From Botryllus schlosseri (lineage: Eukaryota), in the NCBI GenBank assembly GCA_051294905.1, contig CM119371.1, positions 17,548,001-17,612,000 on the forward strand: a DNA stretch of 64,000 nt. Reading direction: 5' to 3'. A program made the translations under genes and the position numbers. The first letter of the stretch is position 1; each line of letters begins with the position of its first letter. Below the pieces are notes generated by a model. That model was not told the origin of the DNA. It ran no database searches and worked only from the letters and a program-made list of their open reading frames with translations. Shown one piece after another: positions 52,720 to 64,000 of this stretch.

Positions 52720-53937
52720 TAGAAGGTGTGATTTCAATAAAATCGTAACATACTTTGCGAATATTTGCTGTTTCCGGAACTTAGCAGCAATGACAACATC
52801 ACCGGACAAATTTCGAAGATACAATCGTCTGATTCAATCCTGACCAGACGAGTAACATCAATATCAGTCAATCTTTTATCCAACTTGTTAAAGTGATCAA
52901 AGTTGAGCATACGCTCAATCACTTGTCTTTTAGTTGGGAGTATCCCAGAAGGAAAAGCATCAACACTTTGAAAAGTTTCTCCACCGTGCAGCTTCTTGCA
53001 AGCAACAACAGACATGGATCTTTTTCTTGTCAACATTATGTCAATTACTTGTTCACACGATAAACTACAATCTGCTATAAGTCAAACATGATGGAATTCT
53101 GAATACGTACCTATTCTAGACAATGTCAGTTCAATTCACATACATAACAGAGTATAATACAGCGTACCTATACTAGACAATGTCTGTTCAATTCACATAT
53201 ATAACAGAGTATAATACAGCGACCTGTTCATTACAGCCAGCAGCGTCTGGTACTGCACACTGCACAGTAAGGAGTCAGTTTTAAAACCATTATACCAGAG
53301 TATTATATTCAACTCGAAGATTACCAGAAACCAGAAAACTTTCAAAATGAGTCATCATCACTCCTACTAAGAGACTTTCGGTTGACTATCAAAGTTCCAG
53401 AATATTTTAAGGTTTGTGATGGTGCAACATTACCAAAGCTTATTGATATTATTGGATGATGTAATATGGAGAAAGTTCAATCATTCTCTCTACCATCCAA
53501 ATTATGATTGGTGGATATAAAAATCAACTACTAAGTCATTCAAACAAGATTTTGTTGTTAAGCAGCAATGTAACAAACCGTCACATGCTAATTGGCATTG
53601 CAAACTTGGTAAAACCAACCGACATTTTTAACGGCGGTCTGAAAATCAACAATTTGCTTGTAACTTTTTTTCTGTACATTTTCAAGACAAAGTTCTATGG
53701 AGGTGAGATAGAAACATGTTGCTTCCGCAGATTTTAAACCCAAAACTGGCTTTCTAGCATAAGCAGTTATCAAGATATGGCAAAATTAGCTGTTTTCAGC
53801 GCGTTTGGTGAATAAGCTCAGCCACTGGAGGGCGAAAGAACCTGAAATTATGGCAGAAGTTATTCATTTTGAATTTGGGACCAAATATCAGAGGCACTTT
53901 TTCAAATTCAAATTTTTCTTTTTTTCACTCCACCCTA
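52720..53937 (-). mobile_element. 5' part of a hATm-type element
   Basis: Terminus TTTTCACTCCACCCTA shared with 35567-37888; ORF 52734-53036(-) ..GILPTKRQVIERML.. resembles a hATm transposase N-terminus; internal 57-bp tandem duplication at 53106-53220. Confidence 0.65.
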
Positions 53938-54767
53938 GTATATAGCCGAGGATGAATAATTGCATTTCAAAGTAACTTATACCAAAAGCTAATTAGAGAC
54001 CGTGGCGCACCAGACCCTTACGGAAGATAAGCGCCACTACTACTTTTTACCATACTAATAATAATAATAATAGTACATTACGTTATATCGCAGTAGGGGG
54101 TATCATCAAGTGTAATTATACGCTTAGACATTCCGTCCTTTCATCATCATCATCATCACTATCTTTTGTTTTCCTTGATACATAGAAACAATGTTTGCAA
54201 CATATACGATACTGATTGCGGAATTGATACATGAAAACCAAACATTTACACTCCAAAATTACTTCCCTCTCAAACGGAAGATAAATTTATTTATAGATTG
54301 TGTGTTCCCATGGAAAACTGTCGGATTATTATAGATATGTGACAGGGTATAGTTTAAAGTCGGAAGACGATACAACAATCCGTCACTTCGGTATTGTCGA
54401 ATCGGAGACGAGGACGTTTCTGGTGAGCCACAATGTGATATCAAGTCTCACTCGAAGTGGGATAACGATTTTAGTTTCTTAGATACTTGGCTTGGATACG
54501 CTATCCAGAAATAGTGGTCGCCTTCCATCAGAGTGGAATAAACATTTTAGAAATTGAAACTCAATTAGTTCAAGTCTGTTAATAAAGATTAATTGTGACT
54601 GCAATCAAAAGTCTTATCAATGATGACATCAGAAATAATATAGCAGCATACATCGGTAATATCCAGTTGAAGAATTGATGTCGTCACACCTGGCACAGTC
54701 CGCGTCTAGCAAAACGAAACGTAGCTGCAATTTTAAATTTAAAAGATCCTAACATATAACACTTACT

Positions 54768-54927
54768 ATGAATCCGGTGATATGGTGTGTTACTGGAGCT
54801 CTAATATTCGCAAATACGATTATCGCGTTACCGTACGATGGTAATCGATTTCCGACGACCGAAGAAGTCATACAAAGACTTTCCACTTTGGAATATCGCC
54901 TGAGCTTGAAAATACTTCAACACACTG
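54768..54927 (+). CDS. C-type-lectin-like protein copy C, exon 1
   Basis: MNPVIWCVTGALIFANTIIALPYDGN...LEYRLSLKILQHT; donor G|GTAAGA; paralogous to 27192-27351. Confidence 0.88.
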
Positions 54928-55426
54928 GTAAGAGTTTCCATGAGCATTATCATCTGCATAGGTTACCAGTAATGAAATATTTCTATTTTTTCGTAGCATT
55001 CAAGTAGATTTCGTCGTATTGCGCTATTTACTCAACTAGTTATGATTTTTTGCTACCTCTGCTGCTACTTCACAGTTTTATGTTTCAGGCAAAACTTGGC
55101 CTTAAACGGATACTTTTTTATTTACTTGGTAAACGCTGCTCCTATGTTTGTACTGAGGTAGAAATTTATGACATTAGTTCTACTTGTTCTTGATTGCCAA
55201 CAATGACTATTTTGACCTCCTCTGGACATAACGATATTAATACTCAATGTTTAACTATAGCAAAATTAACGTCGTGTGAAATTCCATTTTTGTGTAATGA
55301 GTACACAACTAATCCGTACAGTTTTAAATGTCACAAATGTGGTTTGAACATCAAGCTTATAGAAAGAAATATGAATCATTAGTCGTCTTGTAAAACACTT
55401 CTGTCGAATCGTTTATTTGCTTCCAG

Positions 55427-55662
55427 ATAAGTGCGCAGTTGAATGGAATGGCATCTGCTTCTTTGCCTTATTCTATCATCCCCGCAAAGCAAATAAGGAG
55501 GCCGCAAGATTAGCTTGCGAAAAACGAGGCGCGCAACTTGCCAATATTTATGCTGAAGATCAATACGATGATATTATGGAGTATCTGAGACCACATATCG
55601 CTGCCAGAAATGATGGGGGGAACGGATTTTCAATCAGGACTGGAATGAGATACGAGCCCAAG
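55427..55662 (+). CDS. C-type-lectin-like protein copy C, exon 2
   Basis: TTCCAG| acceptor, 236 bp, (D)KCAVEWNGICFF...ARLACEKRGAQLANI...IRTGMRYEPK, AAG|GTATCA donor. Confidence 0.9.
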
Positions 55663-55962
55663 GTATCAAACATTTTCCTTCAAACTATATACCTAAATAT
55701 CCATGTTTGGCACTCGATTAGGGAAGGAATGTGGCATTTACAAGTATTACTAAATATGCCATGGTTCGAAACGATTATTGGACGATATCATTAAGCATAT
55801 GTGGTCAAAGTATTCAAGTAGGATTCTCAGATAGAAGTCTAGTAGTAAAAGTAGCCACGTAAATCTTACTTAAATACGAGTAGAAGTATAGTGTGTTCCG
55901 AAATACCCCAATGCTACTTCAAGTTAAAGTACAAACTACAATTAGTTGGATTTGGGTACTAT

Positions 55963-57234
55963 CAGGTGGTCAGTAACGAAGTACTTCTACTTTCTTGAAA
56001 TACTCAAGTAGTTTTCCGCTACTTGGGTACTCACTCAAGTAGATCTAATTTACCGCTACTTCTACCTCGTAATATATTGTGATATACCAACTTACTTTTA
56101 GCTATTTTCAGTTTGTCTAGTAGAAGTAGTTTAATCCTCCAATCAGAAAGATAGCCTGAGGAATTTCGGAGCTGTTTTGACGGAGTATCATCATTTTCAT
56201 GAACGTTGAATAAAGCTCATAATTTTCGAAGTGCTTCGCGCACACTGGATAAGGAGTGAACAATATGATTTCATGAAAGTATTGGTGAATATAACTTAGG
56301 TAGCGGGTTGCGTGGTTCCGTTCACACCGCATTGTTGCCCATATGAAATATTTCATCGCTGCATATGCGGCGCATCATAACGTTTGAAACTGATGTTTCG
56401 CAATTTAGCATTTACTTATCATATCGTAATCTAGCAGTCCATGGCGTGTCCTAATCTGGAAAAGTGGACTCTGACTTTTTTTTAGCTTTAGTCCTGTTTT
56501 TAGCATATCACCTTTGAAAGTTACTGTACTTAAGACATCAAATATATTTCCCGCCTTCAGAAATAGTATTTGTATTTCTCTTTCTATTCCCAGTATCATA
56601 CTTTGAGTTTTAATTAGTTTCAGTTCTTTTGACTGGAGAACATACATGCTGAAGTATAAAAACAAGTGTAGTAATGCCTTTAATTTCCGGAAATAAAGCT
56701 ACACAATATGACATTTTTACGATACATCATATCTTTGATTAACGTTTACTAATCGCACAAAGTGTTCACACCGTATCCGATACAACCTCTCCGTATTGCT
56801 CTCCGACTAAACTACGGGCCTTACAATATGGGGGAGCGCTATGCCATGATGTTTTCTAAAAGGGCTGTTCGAGTAAACAGTGGAATAGTGTCGCATTTCC
56901 ATATCAATACTATATATCATTTTCATCCCATGATGCGGACGAATGCTTATGCTGTTGAAAATTGAATACCTCCCGGTATGCATTAATACGAATCAAGCTC
57001 TGCACCTTTCGCATAGCTCAATTTGCAGCTTTTGACAATCCATGCGAGCGAATTACCATCGTCTTCACAACTAGTTACGTACTTGAGTATTTGAAGTCAG
57101 TCTATTCTACTTCTACTCCACATAGTTTTAGGTTGCTTACTTAAAAAGTACTTCTACTCGTACTTGAGTAGATCTCTTCGACGCTACTTCTACTTCAACA
57201 TGAGTAGCTTTCTTGACTACTTTGACCACCTCTG
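55963..57234. mobile_element. CAG(A)GGTGGTCA-family hAT-like element in lectin C intron 2
   Basis: CAGGTGGTCAG...TTGACCACCTCTG; TSD GGTACTAT/GGTACTAC; appears nested in an older element of the same family (~55796-59165). Confidence 0.75.
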
Positions 57235-59369
57235 GGTACTACTTATGTATGCAAGCTGTTACCAAAGGCAGTACGCTAATAACTAAGCTATCGTGGACTG
57301 TCAAAAGCTGGAGAGCTGTTTCCCGCTATTATAGCATGTGACCGCATCATGTGATGCCAAGTATAGTCTTTGCTATACAGTATAGTGGTTTTTAACCTTC
57401 TACAGCAGGTCGGCAACTTGTTTCCCACGGACTGGCAGCGGTGTTCGTATACTTTTGCAAGTAAAGTGAAGGTTAACTAGATTGATGTAATTAGAACATA
57501 ATACTTTCACTTAACGAACTGTTAATAGCGAAAAGTATGTTAGCCACAGACACAATGACGAAGTAGAATGCGAAAATAAATAAATTTACTTTGATAAGTC
57601 ATGCAACAAGAGCAATACTACTTGAGTGGGGGAAACCAGGGACAAATGTAATACGGGGCAAATGTAACAATGGGCCAGACCACTTGTGGGATCAAGGATT
57701 GTCCTTGATATTTCAAATGCAACTGAGCTACCTATTGCAGTGATGAGCGGATGTTGATTTTAGAGAGTCCGAATCCGTCCGACAGTTATGGTGTCTGCGG
57801 AACTATCCGTCCGACTCCGAAGAATCTCATCCAACTAGCAGGTTATGTTTATATGGCTCGGTGGTTCTGGATGATTGATTCCGCCAATCATAATGGAGAA
57901 GCACAAGGAGGAGTTGACTAGGTTTTCGTTTCATTGTAACTGTAAAGTAATTCTGGAATTTATAGCCTTGTTATAGATGGTATTAGTTTACCTTAGTAAG
58001 GTATGCATGTATCTTGAATGATTTCAAATAGGACTTAGCTTCTGGTAGGCTACTGTATCGTCAACGCATTATTACAATAATTATCATACATTTTATCTGT
58101 GTACATATCTTCTTATATAACTTCCTATATAATTATACAGAAAGTTTATTGTATATGATTGTATGCGTATTCCAATTTGATTGGCAGATAAGGAACTTTA
58201 GATAGTTGCCAGCCGATGCTATGAAACAAATATATCCACAACTATCTAAAGTTCGCTATCTGCTAGACTGTCTAATCGCGTCGAGCAAGTGCGGCGGTGA
58301 AGACATCGATCCATGTAACGGGTTAAAGAATGACGCAAACTTTCAGTAAATTTCAGTTCCATTTCGGTGGCGTTCTGAAGAAAGTGTCTGTGGTCAAAAA
58401 ATATTTTCGTTTTGCCGTTCAATTTGAGACCACGTCATTTTTAGAGCACTGTGCCCCTTTAAGCGTACCTAGGAATGGGGCCCATGGATAATACGCCAAA
58501 GTGCTATCTGCATTAATATGCAAAAATATTGACGAGGCGTAGCCCAAAAGCATACCAACTTCATTTTCTTTGATTGTTTACATTATTTACAACTGTCTGA
58601 CGTTGATTTGTCTGTGTCACAACTTATATTTGTAATATTTTTGTTCCAAAATGACGTTGTTACAATAGCCTCATTCTGGTCTTACAATTACCCCAGGGTA
58701 CAATTGTCTCCTGTCTCATCTAATTGGCAAAATTAGAAGTATACTTCGCTGCTGACCACCTACGTAATTAACCTAATTTTCACACAGCCATGAGAATTTA
58801 GAGATCTTAAGAATTTTGAACACTCAATGTTACGACGAATACTCTGGATCATGATTTTAGAAATGGGTCGGAATAGCGTTCGGCAAGTTATACTAAATGG
58901 GATTTCGTACACACTGTCATCTCCCGTTAAGCCTAAAAGCCGTACCCAGATCAGGACAGTATTAGAAATTTCCGGTTGAAAGTAGCCGTAGAGATTTCCA
59001 ACTAATAAAAGGTAAGTAGTTTTGAGCCCCGTTTTGCCTAGGAAACTGATGACTGTCAACTAGAAGTAGAAGTAGAAGTAGTCTAAATTTTAACTATTTA
59101 CATAAGTAGTGCAAGTAGGCGAAATCTACTTGAAGTAAAAGTAGACGTACTTTATTACTGACCCCGTCCTTCTATATTATCGTTACATTATCATGCAGGG
59201 TATTATCAATTACACAATCCATCGTTTCGGTAAATTGACCCGTTTCCATGATGCAGAACTTGAATTCAGAGATACAGTATGTAATGAATAGGAATGTAGC
59301 GATTGCATCAGCATAAATATTATCGGCATTACATGTGTAGAATGACGTGCCTTCATTTTTACTGTCTAG

Positions 59370-59558
59370 TCTCGGATCATTTACCTGTCGGATGGCACCA
59401 AGGCGCCATTCGTACACTGGGGATCGGGATATCCACACGCGGATTCTCATAGAACGACTGTGCTCGTACACGTGTATCCTGAAGGATCGCCGGCTAATGG
59501 AATGTTGAACATGGGATCTGCCGGAGGTTTCGCAGCTCTATGTCAAATAAATATTTAG
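59370..59558 (+). CDS. C-type-lectin-like protein copy C, exon 3 (terminal)
   Basis: TGTCTAG| acceptor; SRIIYLSDGTKAPFVHWGSGYP...NGMLNM...ALCQINI*; AATAAA signals downstream. Confidence 0.9.
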   Translation, partial: SRIIYLSDGTKAPFVHWGSGYPHADSHRTTVLVHVYPEGSPANGMLNMGSAGGFAALCQINI

Positions 59559-60184
59559 AATGCCAGAAATCTTACAAATAAACGAATTCATTACTGAATT
59601 ATTGAAATACAGTAATCGCAATAATAAAAACGATGTCTATAAATAGTCAATTGGTTATTTATAAGCGTGGCACACGGTTTGAGGGTGCAGGTAAGCTATA
59701 CTGTAGTGTTGCAGCACATCCCATTCAAATTGTTTGAGAATGGTGATATCCACATTTTATTTGAATACTACCAATATGCGATACCGGCTATTATCATTCG
59801 GCCTAGACAAACAATTTGTAAAGTTATTCACAATGCGCGATGCAATGAACACAATGTATATGACTGCTGGACCGACGATGTGAGGTTTATCAATCGCACT
59901 TTCAACCTGACCTACATTCATTAATAATAATTACATCCGCCATAGCAATGATATCGATACTGTTAACGTTGGAGTACAGTTATTTCGCCTCTGGGCCCCA
60001 GGGGGAACCCGGGCGTACAATCTATTTTCACCGCGTGCCATATCGGCATATGGAGGACTTTAACGGGTTAAATATGTTGTAGGTTGTTGGTATTTTTACT
60101 ATCATTGGTGCTTCGGCTACGGTGGTAATTTTACACAGAGGTCAATATTATTTATTTTATTCATGAATATTGAATAGTCAGGAC

Positions 60185-61310
60185 TAGGGCTGGACAAAAT
60201 CCAGTACCTGATTGATTCGATTCTGAATCACGTATTATGCTTCGAGTCGAGTCGAGTAATCGAGTATCACTCATTATGACGTCACAACACAATGTATTAT
60301 GTCAAAGTTCAAATATGTACCTTTTATGCCACCACAAAGAACATAATGCCTGTTATCCTGGTATATTTTAGAGTAGACCAAACCGATTTCATTGCACTTG
60401 TTGACAATGTTGTGGGATGATCATGACTTCGGAAATGTGTAATCTCCACTAGCGTTCGCAGCTTTGTACTATGTCTCGGATGTTGCGACACGGCCAGTCA
60501 AGGTTTTAAGGCTTTCTCAGTGGAAAATATGGTCAAAACTATATTTCTAGTTAGCAAATTAACTTTCAGTTGTGAGGAGCGTATAATTTCAGTACTCGAA
60601 AAGGTCGTTTTTTACTACTCGACTCGAATCAATAAAATTAATACTCGATTCAGATTTAGATACATAAGAGATAGTAGATGCGGTATCTGGGCAAGGACCG
60701 TTAAAAAAGAAACTTTTTCTCTTACGATTTCACTGGCTACGTGATAAAATTGTTATGTTGCCTTAAAACCGCTGCACACCACATTTGGCTTAAATTCAAC
60801 CAGTAGAAGCGACGTTCTTGCAGTAGAAAGTTTTGAATTTATTATTTAAAAAAATGAAAATAAAGATTTCAAATTTTTCTGTCCACCCTATAAAATTGGT
60901 AGGCTGTCAGTAGAGATGACCCACACCAAATTCGGCTCACTTCCAACCACTAGAATCGAAGTGATTACAGTAGAAAAATATCTAATTCCATGATTTTATA
61001 ATAAATAATGAAAGAGTTATAGCCAGCGTAAATACTATTTTATTCAAATGAAAATTTTTCTACTGCAATAACTTCGCTGCTACTGGTTGGAAATGATCCA
61101 AATTTGGTATGCATCATCTATACTGACAGCCTATCAATTTTGTGGGGTCCACAAAATATTTTTATTTTAATTTTTTTTTATAAAATAAATTCGAAACTCT
61201 CTTCTGCAAAAACTTCGCTTCTACTGGTTGGAATTGAGTTAAATTTGGTGTGTAGCGTTTTTTACCCAACCTAACAACTTTATTACGTAGCCAGTGAAGT
61301 ATGAAGGGCA
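60185..61310. mobile_element. Degenerate hAT-like MITEs (TCGAGT-repeat element, then palindromic MITE)
   Basis: TAGGGCTGGAC start with GAGTCGAGT repeats (~60185-60650); foldback sequence related to 40548-41084 (~60700-61310). Confidence 0.55.
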
Positions 61311-64000
61311 TACATACCTGAACGTGAACATGAAACGATTTCATGCCATACAGCATTTGTAGCGTTGCCAGAGATCGAGTGGGATACTTTTGATATTATG
61401 GCAATTTTTAATGTATACATTTAGAGAAGTATGCTAGACACATAAATGCGTACGTACAGTCGTACAGGTGACAGTAGAATTATTTGGTGGCAATCACAAG
61501 CGATTTCTGACGCAATCCAGGTATATGAGAGACATTTGGGCCGGGCATTTACAGATGATTTGCTGAACACTTTACCTTCGTATGATATCTACAAAACCTT
61601 CAGGGTTGTACACTTGGTGACAACAGTCCGATGTCATCCATGTGACAGCGAAACAATTTCGATTAAGTGTCAGCCAATATTTCGCAGCATCCCCGTAGGA
61701 CATATGCGTAAATTGGGAAGAAAATGGTGGGTGATTTTTGTTGTTGCGATTTCGGAAGGTATACTTCCGCTTCTTCGCATTCGCTTGTGCATTCAATCTT
61801 GCGACATGATCGAATGGTTTGGTTTTGATTTAATTGCAAATTTCCGACATGTAGGCCTATAGTGAAGAACATATGCGAGTTACACTATCATCGAGCCCAC
61901 TTAGTGATCAAATCCTTCCGAGCTATTTCAAAATTACTTTCCAGTCCGCACAGGCCTAAAATTAATACAACCAGGGTCGCCTGCCGCACCGCAAACCCAC
62001 CAATCGGGATGAGAGAGAAAGAGAGAGAGCTCAAACATGCCTAAAATATTTCGTGAATAAACATAAATTATAGAGTATATTTTGGTAGAAATATTAAACT
62101 TGAAAATTTTCTTTGCACTGCCTGCGATTTAATTCCACTACATGCAGATTTAAATATGAGTACTACCCTATTTCCAAAGAAAATACAATATATTATAATT
62201 TATAGAACTATAAATAGCCGTTTTTGGGCCGCCCATTACCGCGCCGCTACACTTTAAGACAGGGGTTCTCAGCCCTTCCTTGGCCGTGGCCCATTTTTCG
62301 GTTTGAAAATGTGCGGTGGCCCACCTCTAATCTTAAAGTCATAATCCTGCTCAATGCGTGGTAATCGACGGCGACGATATGCCTATTTCTCTAAAATATG
62401 CGCATTTTTCCCCTTATTTACTGCTGAAATTAAAATATAAACGTGTCGGGGCATGAAGTCGCGCGAAGCGCGACGATAATTTTCAACATATTTCAACAGA
62501 TTTTCAACAATCTTCCAACAAACGACCAACGAAATAATCTTGGGTCCATTCTAGCTCCCCCAATTGGGGGTTTGGGTGCGGCAGTTACGGCTCTAATATC
62601 TCTTCAAGTATCGGTATAAATTATTCGAAGCATAAAGCAACGACAATGCAGCCTATGCAAGTAGCTATCACATACCACAATTTACCGGAAAATAAATAAG
62701 TAAGGGAATGTATTTGCTCCGCATTACGTATTGGCCGTCGCTACTATACATTTCCTACAAGACAGTCAAGACTGTTGTATTTCGAAATCGATAGCGCGTT
62801 TCACTGTGCTACGATTGTCTAATTGTTAGCGAATAGTGCATGAGGCAGATTCGTTTGTGCCTCACCTGGCCATTGTTTCTCTGCGATGGCATTGTCTGTA
62901 ATAAAGCGGAATGTCATCTTCCTTTGCGATTTTGAGGGGGTTCTGCGAGTATGACACTGCTAATATTTGGATTTTCGGAATCAGTGCGTGACGATAGCAT
63001 TTGATTGATACCGGTTGTTATGAATTCCGAGCTATTGATGATGAATTGCTTTGTCGCAGGTGAGGCACGACCGCCCGTGCCTCACCTGTGCCTCAACTCT
63101 CCTTTCGCGTTGTATTTTTGAATAATAATTGTGCAAACTGATGATGTTGTTTGAAAAAATGTTCAAATTTAGTTATTTATGAACATCGATGTAAAATATC
63201 AATAATCATCGATCGACTCATGTAGGGTTTACACAATTTTCACTTACTCGCCCTGACAATAGGTGAGGCACTGCCTCACCTGCCTCATTGGACCGCACGT
63301 CACTGATAAACACGCGTGCATTGGAGGTAAATCGCGCAAAGTGCGAATTTTTTTTCAGTTGACCGCTTCTTCGCATCCCTCTTCAGATGCTTTCACGCCC
63401 CCCAGGTTGAGAACCACTGACGTATACCATAGGGAATGGTTGAATGAAACCCTCGAGGTCGTCGGCGGTTCAATCATAGTGTCCTAAATAGTGTGGGCAC
63501 CGCGAGATTGACGGGCTCACTGCATTTGGATTAATTAATACTTTCAATTTGGCTAATGGTAATTTAACGGCCTTTTTTGACTGACGCTTATTTGATGAAC
63601 GGGTATCAATGGAAAGCTGTTGCTGCACTGAATACGAAAGTATATATTCATCCCCTTTTCCTTTAAATCAGCCTCGAATTCTCCAATTTGATGGTGTTTG
63701 ACTTCATTGTGATGCAGCAATGCTGTCTGGTTCTTTCTCTTAAGCGGCAATCTCGTTATTCCAGACAGCATGGTTGCGTCATAATGTCAAACTCCGTCGC
63801 AATGCAAAATTCATGGCCGATTTTAGAGGGTTCCGGGTCCATGAGCAATATTATTCACTATCCTCAATTTGGATATAGAATTGATGCGCCGTGGAATACA
63901 GTTTTTGCTTTTGGCTCGGCCATACATAATCTTTTCTGCTTCTTATTTGGTCTCTGAAAGAATTAGCCCCTGTGATTCATGGCGGGTAGTGATTCGGAAA

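Noticed and set aside
61446..61872. 138-aa ORF and overlapping ORFs
   Set aside because: No recognisable motif or splice context; lies among degenerate repeats.
1..64000. Prokaryotic operon, defence system or diversity-generating retroelement behind the lectin variability
   Set aside because: No long ORFs, no reverse transcriptase and no template/variable repeat pair with adenine-specific differences; the sequence is intron-containing eukaryotic DNA.

Overview
AT-rich eukaryotic genomic DNA with GT-AG introns, tRNA-derived SINEs and many DNA transposons. An invertebrate animal, possibly a tunicate, is my inference and is not verified. Host-gene content is (1) 3' exons of a probably decayed multi-exon gene at ~0.7-7.2 kb and (2) a tandem cluster of three paralogous 3-exon genes on + encoding secreted, non-canonical C-type-lectin-domain proteins. 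Copy A (20817-22094) looks pseudogenised. Copy B (27192-50931, 195 aa) and copy C (54768-59558, 194 aa) have intact spliced ORFs. The main structural feature is intron 1 of copy B: a ~250 bp intron inflated to 22.6 kb by a Russian-doll nest of DNA transposons. The nest runs Buster-type hAT > Tip100-like hAT > 20.3 kb hAT > CACTA-like and ISL2EU-like elements > MITEs/SINE > hATm, and most layers have readable TIRs and target-site duplications. Most ORFs in the supplied track are spurious or transposase remnants. No prokaryotic operons, CRISPR arrays or rRNA were seen.
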